NCBI RefSeq assembly: GCF_009914755.1
Contig: NC_060946.1
DNA length: 64,000 nt
Strand: one strand, 5' to 3'
Source of the DNA: the human T2T-CHM13v2.0 reference genome, Homo sapiens
Made by a program: the position numbers and the translations under genes
Notes under the pieces: model-generated
The model's database searches: none
The model's input: only the letters and a program-made list of their open reading frames with translations
What the model was told of the DNA's origin: nothing
Shown: positions 23,701 to 48,966 of the stretch, piece by piece
How positions within the stretch are numbered: the first letter of the stretch is position 1
Layout: the number at the start of each line of letters is the position of its first letter

Positions 23701-24625
23701 ACTACCAACCACTGCATCGCATAACTGGCAGACTCCCAGCTTCAAGGAGAGGCACGGAGGGAAACTGAGAGCAGCCTGCAGAGGGGAAAGAGCGGGGACA
23801 GAGGGTCACGGAGGTCGCAGGGGCGTGTGTGCAGCACCTGCCAGTGAACGGAATGTGCGGCTCCAGATGTCGTTGTCTTTAAACTTCGGAATTTCCTTTC
23901 ACTAAAGAACCAAGTCCAGGGGGAGGAAAGAGTGAATACAAATTATCCAAGAAACTCAAGAGCTCATTTTAGTTCTCCTGATTATGATCTTAAAGGCATT
24001 AAGCGCTCAAGTTAAACTCCTTGTGACCCACATAGGTTAGCAGAATTTAAATCCTAGGTGATTCTTAACTCTAATCATACATCTAATGACCTATATTGAA
24101 GATACACTGCCTGCTTAGTTGTGGCTTCAGCCTTTGCTCCGTCACTGATAGTTCTAGCCTGAAAAGCAAATGAGCCCTCATGCTCACGATTTCACCACAG
24201 TCACATAAGCGGGAAGAGCAGGCTCCTGGCTGTGGCGAGCTTGACTCCATTTGGTTTGATAGAAATGAGAGGTAGATGATTCCCTAGACAAATGCAGGCC
24301 TTTCTCGAAGCCCCTTTCCCAGGACGACGTGACATGAGTGGTCTGTGCCTTCCAGGGCAGCCACGTCATGCTTTGCCCAGCCAGGGCGGTGGGGAGGGAG
24401 ACAGCCACATCCTGCCCGGGGCTCCTGGGCCCCGCTGCATCAAGTGAAAGCAGGGCTGGCTCCCTGATGTCCTTGGAGAAGTCGCCCACACTGCTTTCCC
24501 CCATGGGAGTGACAAGGATGTGTCCCGCCAGCCTTCCACGACGGACCCCCCACTCTCTATTAATTCCCAAGAAACCAGGCCATGGAGGTGGGTTTGAGGG
24601 TTTGTATTGGTGTTTTTTAAAGTCA

Positions 24626-26047
<1,422 letters not shown>

Positions 26048-26734
26048 TGACAGTGGCTCAGTAGTTTGGAAGTTAACTGGCAAAGGTGGACAGAATCTTT
26101 AAACATATGTGGAGGAATTGGAGAGTTTACAAGATAGTGAAGAACTGCCAGGCCATGGTCTGGAGAAGATGGAAACTTGATGTTTGGGGCCATTGTGTCC
26201 CTGGGGTGTTGGCCAATTTATGAAAGAAGCAGTTAAGAGCCTGAGTGGCACTTTTGAGGGGCTAGAAGGGAAGACCCTGGTAAACATCCCAAACTTTGGA
26301 TTGGGACCCAAAAAAGCTCCATCCCAGGAGTACAGGTGACCTGGAAACGGATCAGCGTAATCGAGGACTGAAGTCCAGTTCTAGCTACGCCCAGTCCTTG
26401 AGACTGGATTAAGGTGATCTCAGATTGCAAGGACCTCAAATGCCTGGCAGAAGCAAGTGAATATCCTTCTGGAGGAACAGAGCCTCATCCTAGGCCTCTA
26501 ATTATTTTTAAGGACAATTTTTCAAATGCAGGCTTTCCTCCCTTTGCACAGTTCCCTTATGCATAAATTTCAGTCAGTGGCCAGCTGCAGTGGCTCATGC
26601 ATGTAATCCCAGCGCTTTGGGAGGCCAAGGCGGGTGAATTGCTTGAGTCTGGGAGTTGGAGACCGGCCTGGGCAACATAGAACCCCATCTCTATTTTTAA
26701 AAATAAAATATTAATTATCACTGCTTAGTTAAAT

Positions 26735-27312
<578 letters not shown>

Positions 27313-27339
27313 TCAAAAAAAAAAAAACAAAAAACAGTA

Positions 27340-30540
<3,201 letters not shown>

Positions 30541-30944
30541 AAGCCTCATGTGTCACACAAGGGATACTGACATCTGACACCAAGCACATGTAGGCATCCT
30601 GACTACGTTTACTTGAATGATGTGGACTTTACAGAGCTGACTATAGACAGTTCAAATGGCCTGAAAACTGTTCAATGCACTCCCTCCCAGGCTGTCATGG
30701 GATGCACTTCAGGAACTTTACTTTTTAACAAGAAAATTCAGTTTTCCTCTTAAACAGCTGGCTTCTGTTCCATTAGCATTCTTGTCACTTTAAGTTGCAT
30801 TCATCTTTGTTTTTTTTTTTTAGAAAAACATTTGTTCTGCAACCAGTCTTGTCCTTTAAATACTTGTACTGTATACAGGCTCTTTTTCATAGGTCCATTA
30901 CTTAAAATGATGTAAGTGTGTTTTTGGTGGCAGGGGGGTGGGAG

Positions 30945-33409
<2,465 letters not shown>

Positions 33410-34249
33410 TCACATCGGGACCTGTTGGATTCAAGGCATGTTGACAGCTGTTTCCAGGCTTCAGATAGAGCCTCCAGCTGGCAGGGTGGCCACAGGGCTT
33501 GTTGAGTAGGAAGCCTCGTTGCTTTGACAGGTTACTTGGCCCCATGAGGGACAATCCCATAGTCAGTTACCCAGAAACGTGACTGTCTCCTTGAAATCCT
33601 CAGCATGGGGTCTTATGAATAAACCCTTACTAGATTTCCTGTTCTGTCTTATTTTTATGCAGAGCTTTACTTTATAGCAGAAAATTCCATTTTTACCCTT
33701 AAATGGCTTGCTTCTGCTCCCTTAGTGTTCTTGTCACTTTAAGTTGCATTCATCTTTGTCCCTTTAGAAAAGGATTTGTCCTGCAACCAGCTCTTGCAGA
33801 AGGTACTTGGTTTATTGTTAACCGATGTTTGCTAAATGTTTGAATTATGTTGAGTTGCTTAAAGTCATGCTATCGGGTAGATGTTGTGGCTGTTCTTTTC
33901 ACTCTCTTATTTGGGGATTTACAAAACAGTTATGTTTTTAGTTTTCTTTTATTTGTTGTGTTGAATAGGAATGTAGCTCTGGGAACCTCTAGTTCCAAAT
34001 AAGAAAGCCTTGGACACATTTCCAGTTGGCAAGCTGGCAAAATGAAGGGCGTACAAGTTGTTAGAGAGGCTGGGAGCCTATTTAAGCACCCAGCTTCAGG
34101 ATGGGACATGGGATATACCTCGAGTTAGAGGTTCTTATTAACTGTGGATTCTTCTATGCAGATATCTGTCACAATATAAGTTACTATAAGTCAGTACTAA
34201 GGCAGCTGCTACATTCTGTTTGCCAAGGGGAAGAAGAAAGCTTGGAAAT

Positions 34250-35100
<851 letters not shown>

Positions 35101-35227
35101 CAAGCAAATAAATAAAAGAGACAGTTTCTATGTTATATATCCTAGCTATGTTTACCATGTCTGGATTCTGAAAGCTGCAGAGCAGAAAACCTGAAGAACA
35201 GATCACCTGTTCTTAAAATACCACTGT

Positions 35228-37366
<2,139 letters not shown>

Positions 37367-37522
37367 TGTCTTAGTCCATTCAAGCTGCTATAACAAAATA
37401 CCGTAAACTGGGTGATTTATAAACAACAGAAATTTTTCTCTCACAGTTCTGGAGGCTGGGAAGTTCAAGATCAAAGTGCCAGCAGATTCAGTGTCATGTG
37501 AGGACGTGCTTCCTGCTTCATA
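37367..37522 (-). mobile_element. MaLR LTR fragment (MLT1A/MST-like), antisense
   Basis: tgtcttagtccatt...gctgctataacaaaatacc...ctcacagttctggaggctgggaag..caagatcaa is the characteristic MaLR LTR end. Confidence 0.85.
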
Positions 37523-37530
37523 GATAAGAG
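37447..37530 (+). other. PPARA: PPARA non-coding exon 3 (84 nt), TE-derived
   Basis: ttttctctcacag| acceptor, GAG|GTACAT donor; TTCTGGAGGCTGGGAAG...TAGATAAGAG is recalled in the PPARA mRNA leader. Confidence 0.85.
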
Positions 37531-37622
37531 GTACATACACATTTAGGAGCATCGTGTCTTCCTGGTGGATGAATTCTGTTATCATTAGGTGATCCTTTGA
37601 GCACTTTTAAAAAGAATCTGTT

Positions 37623-38176
<554 letters not shown>

Positions 38177-38299
38177 TCGATAGTATCATATCCTCCAGGA
38201 TTCAAAGTGAACTTCAAACAGTCTTATGTAGTCTAAATTTTGGAATGCATCCCAGTATTGAGTTGCAGCAGGGATTTGAGTTTTTGTGAAGAGAGAGAG

Positions 38300-38800
38300 G
38301 TATATCAGAATCTTGGGCATAAACTAAGGAGCCATGTCAGAACCTCAGGTGTATGCCAATGAGATAGATCAGAACCTCAGGCATGTACCCGATGAGACAG
38401 ATCAGAACCTCAGGCGTGTACCCGGTGAGACAGGTCAGAACCTCAAGCGTGTACCTGTTGAGACAGGTCAGAACCTCAGGCGTGTAGCCAGTGAGACAGG
38501 TCAGAACCTCAGGTGTGTACCCAGTGAGACAGATGAGAACCTCAGGTGTGTAACCAGTGAGATATATCAGAATCTTGGGTATTTACCCAAAGAGGTATAG
38601 CAGAGTCTCAGGTATATACTCAAGAAGGCATATCTTGAGGCTTTAAGTATCTAGCTAAGGATTTATATCAGGATCTCAGGTTTATACCCAGGGAGGTATA
38701 GCAGAATTTGGGGTATAGATCTAAGGAGGTCTATCAGTCTAGAGCATATAGCCAAGGAACTATATCAGAACCTCAGGCACCTACCCAAAGAGGCATTTTA
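38300..38800. repeat. ~33-bp minisatellite, ~15 progressively degenerate units
   Basis: TCAGAA anchors at 38305, 38337, 38369, 38402, 38435, 38468, 38501, 38534, 38567...; unit ~ tcagaacctcaggcgtgtacccagtgagacagr. Confidence 0.92.
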
Positions 38801-38994
38801 GGACTCGTAAGGAGGGGGTAGATTTCAAAAGTGTAGTCTAACAGTTTATCTACTTTGAAATTTAAAACAATATTAAAGGAAAACATGAAATATTTCTATC
38901 TGTCAGAAGGTGACATGAGTTTTAAACAATTAAGAAATATACTGGCTGTGGCCTTGTAACCAAATTATTATGCCTATAGAAATTACAGACTCCA

Positions 38995-39455
38995 TTTTCC
39001 AGGATAGAATAACAGGGACTGACTTACCTTCTCATCTGAGATAACAAAACCTCCATACAAATACATGAAACAATGTTCTTCAAGATGCTGGACATCAGGC
39101 AGTGAAGGGCACTGATGGTTGTAAGACAAGGTGAGAGGTGTGGCTTGAGAGAGTTTCCAGGTTGCAGTGCAGGGAGAGGGGAAACTGAGGCAGATCTTGG
39201 CAGACTTCCTCAGTTGACAAAATAGAGCTGAGAGTCCAGGGAGACCATGGTGTATAGATTATCCAAAGCAAAGTATGAGAGGTGCAAGCCATATACAGAG
39301 GGACTCCAGAGATCTACCAAAGTACTTCTTGGTGCATCCATATGAGCAAAACTACTTGAGGCCAGGAAAAGAACCATCTGAGAGGATTAGAAGGAACAGT
39401 GCCCAGTACTTGTGCCAGCCAGGAATGGTGCCTGATACTCACGCAGGGCCAGGAA
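38995..39455 (+). mobile_element. Old L1M 5'-end-like fragment
   Basis: aacagggactgacttacc...atacatgaaacaatgttcttcaagatgctggacatcaggcagtgaagg resembles L1M 5'UTRs. Confidence 0.5.
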
Positions 39456-39489
39456 CAGTGCAGGGATGTGAGTGTTTGTTAGGAGAGGG

Positions 39490-39688
39490 AGGTATATCAG
39501 AATCTTGGGCATAAAGACAAGAAACCATATCAGAACATCAGGTGTGTACCAATGAGATAGATCAGAATCTCGGGTGTATACACAGTGAGATAGATCAGAA
39601 TCTCAGATGTGTACACAGTGAAGCAGATCAGAATCTCAGATGTATACACAGTGAGATAGATTGGAATCTCAGGTATGTACCCAGTGAG
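39490..39688. repeat. Second copy of the 33-bp minisatellite (~6 units)
   Basis: Anchors at 39497, 39530, 39562, 39595, 39628, 39661. Confidence 0.9.
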
Positions 39689-39942
39689 TCCAAGAGCATG
39701 GTGCTGGCATCCGGTGAGGGCCTTCCTGCTGGATCGTGACATGAAGCAAGGCAAAGAGCCTGTCAGCTCAGGGCTCTCTTCCTCTTCTTATAAAGTCACC
39801 AGTCCTATCATGGGGGCCCCACCCTGATGATCTTATAATCCTAATTACCTCCCAAAGGCTACCTTCAAATGCTATCAACATATGAATTTGGAAACTAAGT
39901 TTCCAGCACATGAAATTTGGGGGATACATTCAAAGTATAGCA
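39689..39942 (-). mobile_element. MST-type MaLR LTR fragment
   Basis: ggtgctggcatccggtgagggcc...taattacctcccaaaggc...ttgggggatacattcaaagtatagca. Confidence 0.8.
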
Positions 39943-40975
39943 AATATTACATCATAACCAGTAGGATTCATCCCAGGAAATGCCAAATGGCTTGATAATC
40001 AAAAATTAATGTAACTCATCGTATTAACAGGATGAAAAAGAAAAACCATGTGATCATCTTAGTAGATGCAGAAAAGCAGTTGATTAAATCCCACATTCAT
40101 TTCTAACTTAAAAAAACAACTGGATTTTGACAGAGGTGCAAAGGCAATTTGGTAGAGAAAGGACAGTCTTTTCAATAAATGGTGCTGGTGCAATGGTTAT
40201 CCATATGCCCAAAATGAACTTTGACCCATGCCTCATGCCATACACAAAAATTAACTCAAAATAGATCAGAGATCTGAAGGTAAAATTTAAAACTATAAAA
40301 CTTCTAGAAGAAAACACAGGAGAAAAATCTTTGTGACCTTGGTCTAGGCAAAGATTTCATAGATATGACACCGAGAACACAATCTATGAAAGAAAAAAAT
40401 CAATAAATTGAACTTCATCAAAATGAAACTTTTACTGTTCAAAAGACAGTTTTAGGAGAATGAAAACACAAGTTACACATTGGGAAGAAATATTCGAAAA
40501 GCATTTGCCTGATAAAGGTATTGTAGCTGGAAGACAGAAAAAATTCTCAAAACTCACCTAGAAGAAAATAACCCAGTTTTAAAAATGGGCAAGAGATCTG
40601 AACAAACACATTGTCAAAGAAGATAGATGAATAGCAAGTAAGCATGTGAAAAATTCTCAATGTTATCAGTCATCAGAGCAATGCAGATGAAACCTACAGT
40701 CCCCATGCTAATGTTCTACAACTTACACAGTGGTGGTATGATACCACTACATGCCCATTTGAATGGCCAAAATTAGAAAGGTTGACCATACCAAACATTA
40801 GCCATGATGTGCAGGAACTAGAACTCTCATCTTTGCTGACAGGAAGGTAAAATGATACAAACACATTGAAAAACAGGTTGGCAGTTGCTTTTTTTTTTTT
40901 TTGAGATGGAGTCTTGCTCTCCCAGGCTGGAGTACAGTGGCGCGATCTCAGCTCACTGCAACCTCTGCCTCCCAA

Positions 40976-41488
40976 TGAATTAGAAAAATAATAATAAAGG
41001 TAACAATAGCAGTAATAATAATAGAAATAATGATAGTTTCTTTAATAAAAATGCTGTTTAGGCCCAGACTGAAAGGCTTTAAGTAACCACTCCCCCACTG
41101 AAGTTAGAGTTAAGAAAGAATATTAATTTTCCTTGTGTGAAACATTAATCTTATCTAGCCTCCATGTATTTTGTAAGTTCTGTAAATTCCTGTTTTCCCT
41201 GCACAGCTGCAAGTTCACAAGGCAGATAAGCTTAAGCTGCAAAACATGTTTTTCTTAAGATGTAAGGCATGTCACAAGAATATCACAAGATGATAACGGC
41301 CTTTATTCTCACTTCTGTATGCCTGCTTCCTGCCTCACATATTTCCTGCCTCAAGATGCGTAAAAGGTACTTGCCTTCTTTGTTTGGTGCTCTGACTTTC
41401 TGGATGCAAGTCCACTGAGCCAGTGTACACCTTAAATAAATCCTCCTGAACCCCATCAATCGCTCCAGTTCTCTGATTTCCCACTACA
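40976..41488 (+). mobile_element. 5' LTR of a gamma-like (class I) ERV; start uncertain (TG at 40976 or 41055)
   Basis: Ends in CA at 41487-41488 just before the PBS; AATAAA at 41435-41440. Confidence 0.8.
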
Positions 41489-41493
41489 TTTTC

Positions 41494-41511
41494 TGGGGGC
41501 TCGTCCGGGAT
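41494..41511 (+). other. Retroviral primer-binding site, tRNA-Pro
   Basis: TGGGGGCTCGTCCGGGAT = 18/18 complement of the tRNA-Pro 3' end (same as the MLV PBS-Pro). Confidence 0.95.
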
Positions 41512-42191
41512 TGGAGATGGCAGATTTTCTGTCTCCCTTGCCTGTGGAACTGGAGCCCGGGTCGAGGGAGACCTGGGACCTTTGGTGCCAATGGGAGGAC
41601 TTTAGCCCGGAAAGGAGATTGGCTCTCCTGCATCCCGGTGTCCTTCCTAGACAGCACAACGGAACCTATAAAGGGGTTGCAGGACGGTTCCAGCAGGGGC
41701 TGGGGATGGTGAGAGTAGCTCACTGATTCAGATGACAGGGTTTTGCCATGTTGCCCAGACCCAGAGGGGCTGGGGACAGTGAGAGTAGCTCACTGATTCA
41801 GATGAAACTTACACCTTAGCCGATGCAGGACACGAGAGTGGCTCACTAAGTTGGTCAGGAAAGAAACTGAAAATGGGAAGAGTGGCTTCCTGCCTTGACT
41901 AAGGATCGGGAACTGGGAGCGGGGAGGTGTGTGAAAGAGATGGTTCCGGGAGGGCCGTGATGTGGGGAGACACAGATCTCTTAGCACGGACTGTGTGCTC
42001 TGAGGCGAGTGTGTGATTGACCAGAACCAGGGCATCACATACAGCTGACAGGAGCTGCCCCACAGCTGCAGCAGGCTGTGGCAGGAATAAGGTACTCTCC
42101 TAGCTAAGCAGCACCTGAAACTTCCGTAATAGGACCCAGTCTGGTCAGTCTGGAACGAAAGTGAGAGTGAGTGTGCATCACAAAGGGCGGG

Positions 42192-42620
42192 ATGGGAGGA
42201 AAAGCATCGAAACCCACTCCTCTGGGGTGCATGTTAAAGAATTTTAAGAAAGGTTTTGCTGGAGATTATGGAATTAAGTTGTCCCCCCCAAAGATTGAGG
42301 GTTCTGTGTGAAGTGGAATGGCCTTCTTTTAATGTCGGGTGGCCAGCCGAGGGTACAATAAATAGGGAAATGATTGGTCATATATTTAGGGTAGTGACTG
42401 GGGTTGGAGGACACCCTGGGCATCCAGATCAGTTCCCATACATCAATTCCTGGATGATCACAGTCTAGACATGCCCCAAATGGTTACAGCCTTGTCTGGC
42501 AACTTACTGTAAGACTCTAGTGACCTGAGCCGAACCTAAGGCAGTTAGAGGGCCCCCTTCACCAGACACCTCAGGTGGAAAGAAAAAGCCACAGGAAAAT
42601 TAGGAAAGACCTGTTCTACT
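42192..42620 (+). pseudogene. Degenerate ERV gag (matrix domain), HERV-E/HERV3/HERV1-like
   Basis: MGGKASKPTPLGCMLKNFKKGFAGDYGIKLSP / frameshift in C7 run 42283-42289 / QRLRVLCEVEWPSFNVGWPAEGT...HPDQFPYINSW; stop at 42466. Confidence 0.88.
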
Positions 42621-43343
42621 TCACTGGGATCAAGTGATTCTCCTGCCTCAGCCTCCTGAGTAGCTGGGAGTACGGGTGTGCACCACCACGCCTGGCTAAT
42701 TTTTTTAAATTTTATTTTTAGTAGAGACGGGGTTTTGCCACATTGGCCAGGCTGGTCTTGAACTCCTGACCTCAGACAGTCTGCCTGCCTTGGCCTCCCA
42801 AAGTGCTGGGATTACAGGTGTGAACCACCATGCCCAGCCAGCAGTTTCTTATAAAGTTAAACCAATGCCTACCATGAGATCTGGCAATCCCACTCCTAAG
42901 TATTTGGCCAAGAAAAAAGAAAGCATATATTCCATACAGAGTCTAGTCCTGAATGTCTATAGCTGCTTTATTTATAATAGCTCAGACTTGGAAACCATTC
43001 AGATGCCATTAATAGGTGAATATATTCTCAAACTGTGGTTATCCATACAATGGAGTATTACTTTGCAATCAAAAGGAATGGCCTATGAATACCCATAACA
43101 ACATGGATGAATGCTGAAATAATTGTGCTGAGTAAAAGAAGACAGGAAAAATAAGTATAATACATACTGCTTGATTCTATTTGTATAAAACTAGAAAGTA
43201 CAAACTAATCTGTAATGACAGGAAGCAGACCAGTGACAGTGGGCATGGAGGGGCAAGAGGGAGAGATTAGATGGGCACAGGAGAGCTTTGAGGATGATGG
43301 GTCTGCGTACTGTCTCGGCTATGATAGTGGTTTCACAGGTTGA

Positions 43344-46610
<3,267 letters not shown>

Positions 46611-46667
<57 letters not shown>
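46611..46667. repeat. (AT)~28 microsatellite after the Alu polyA
   Basis: Directly visible. Confidence 0.97.
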
Positions 46668-46674
<7 letters not shown>

Positions 46675-47466
46675 TAACCTTCAGCATATAGGACTATTGC
46701 AGAAGGGATTATCTTTCTACTTGGTTGGTTCCTCTTGGTCTTGAGCAAATTTTGACTTCCCTGAGTTGGCCCCTAAAAGTTAAAGGGAAAGGGCCTTTTC
46801 TCTTTCCTTTAAAACCAATATGGCATATTTGCTGAGAACTTAGATACCACAGGATTGGCAGTGTAGACTTACATTCATAGACCGGATGCCATCAGCCAAC
46901 CTTGAGTAATTTGCAGCACACTGCATCATTTTATTTAAGTAATGCGAAGTCCTTGACATGTCTCAGACATTGTCTTGGTTACTTGTAAGGTCTCACATAA
47001 ATCTAATTTTCCTCTTTCTCTGCCCTTTCTGGTTCAGCTCAGTTTATTCAAGGGTGTATTTGTGCAACACACTTGAATAAGGTGTGGTCCCGCCTTTGTA
47101 GATGTTATAGTTTGGGAAGACCAGCCGGGCAGAGAGAAGAGCATGATTCAAGGATGAAGGCGTGGGCTGGGGGCCGAGGGAGCAAGGATTCCCAGTAACG
47201 AGGGAGGAAGGAGCAGCACCATGTGCCCATTACTCTATAGACATCTCGAACCACCTGGCCATGTAGCTGTCATTAACCTAAATTTACAGTTATTGAAACT
47301 GAGGTTCAGCCAGGCGTAGTGGCTCACGCCTGAACACAGGAGGCGGAGGTTGCAGTGAGCCGAGATCACGCCACTGCACTCCAGGCTAGGTGAGAGAGCG
47401 AGACTCTGTCTCAAAAAAAATAAATAAATAAAAGAAAAGAACAAAACTGAGGTTCAAAGAAATGTA

Positions 47467-47766
47467 CAGTGCTCCCCCCCTTATCCAAAGAGGATACACT
47501 CCAAGCCCCCACAGTGGATACCTGAAGCCTCAGATAGTATCAAGCCCTATATATGCTATGTTTTTTCCCTGTATATGCATACCTATGATAAAGTTTATAA
47601 ATTAGGCACAGTAGGAGACTAACAACAATGATAATAAAATGGAACAATTATAACATACACTGTAACAAAAGGGTCTCTTCCTCTCTCTCTCAGAATATCT
47701 TATTGTACTGTACTGGGGGTAACTAAAACCAAGGAAAGTGAAACCATGGATAAGGGATATCTACTG
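47467..47766. mobile_element. MER44-like Tigger MITE
   Basis: TIRs cagt...cccttatcc / ggataaggg...ctactg with TA on both sides. Confidence 0.85.
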
Positions 47767-47999
47767 TATAAGGTGGAGTTTTCAAGGTCATAGCACTGCC
47801 TTCCCCTGAGGTTGGCCTTGCAGCCTCTCTAGGCACTGCTGCTGCTGCTAAGAACCCCTGTGAGGTGAACACTGTAAGCATCATCATTGCTTCTCAGAAG
47901 AGGAGACCTGGCTTACAGAGGTCAAGCCTCAGGTACCTTAAACACCATTTTAAAACTGAACTCATGGCCAGGTGCATTGGCTCATGCCTGTAATCCCTT

Positions 48000-48460
48000 C
48001 TCTCCATGCTCAAAACCTGCCCTCCTTGTCTTTATATTCCAAATTTCGTGGGTGCCACCTCCTCTGCCCAGTGACTTAAGCCAGAGCATACATTCATCCT
48101 AGACTCTGTCCCAGGTCCCTGGTCCAGGCAGCTGCCAGTTGTCAGGATCAGCTCTTTATCTCGCAGTCCTCCTGCCTCTTGTGTCATTACCCAGGGCTGT
48201 CACCATCTTTTCTTGGGACAGTTACAACAGCCCCGTAAGGAGTTGTGCTGCTTCTAGTCTTGTTCCCTTTGAATCTGGATTCCTTCTTGCCATCAAGACA
48301 ATCCTGATACAAATCTGATCACGTCACACTTCCCTTCAATAGTCTTCCATGGCTCCTTATTGTTTTAGGATGAAATCCAAACTCCTAAACATGGGGATTA
48401 ACAATGTGCCATGATTGGCACTGCTGGCCTCTCCTACCTCTGCAGACTCACCTCTTGCCA
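48000..48460 (+). mobile_element. L2 fragment
   Basis: acaaatctgatcacgtcac...cttccatggctcc...gaaatccaaactcct. Confidence 0.6.
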
Positions 48461-48469
48461 CTTCTCCCT

Positions 48470-48966
48470 TGAGGTAGATCAAAAATGGTCACAAGTTCTT
48501 TGAGGCTCTTCCCATCAAGAGGTAGAGTTTATTTCCCCACCTCTTGGATCTGGCTTGCCTTGTGACTTGCTTTGACCCACAGAACGTAACAGAAAGGACA
48601 CTGCCTAACTTACAAATGAGGTCTACCTTAAGAGGCTTTGCAGATTCCACATTCAACCTCTTGGAATGCTGCCACCATCTGAGAAGCCTGAGGTGGCCTC
48701 TGTGAGGATGAAAGACTTCATGGTGAGAAATACCTAGCGAACAGCCTGGCACCAGCTACCAGGCATGTGACTGAGGCCATCCAGCCATAGCTGAGCCACA
48801 AAATGACCACAGCTATGTGAATTATCCCAGGTCAGACCAGTAGAAGAGCCACCTGGCTGAGCTCAGCCCAATTTGCTGACCCATAGAATTGTGAACAAAT
48901 AAAATGGTTGTAGTTATAAGCCATTAAGTTTCAGAGTTTGTTACACGGTAACATGTAACTGATACA
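48470..48966 (+). mobile_element. MLT1 (G/H-like) MaLR LTR
   Basis: cccatcaagaggtagag...tgtgacttgctttgacc...gccattaagttt...ttgttacac...taactgataca. Confidence 0.8.

Larger units (their letters stand above)
40889..42840 (-). mobile_element. Split antisense AluS (40889-40974 and ~42626-42840)
   Basis: The two halves are collinear in the Alu consensus; TSD GCAGTT(G/T)CTT at 40881-40890 and 42841-42850. Confidence 0.8.

Noticed and set aside
38268-39688. Leader + regularly spaced repeats resembling a CRISPR array
   Set aside because: Units are contiguous tandem copies with no unique spacers, there are no cas genes, and the DNA is a primate intron.
42192-42620. Functional or domesticated Gag protein
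   Set aside because: Frameshift in the C7 run and in-frame stops; truncated before capsid.
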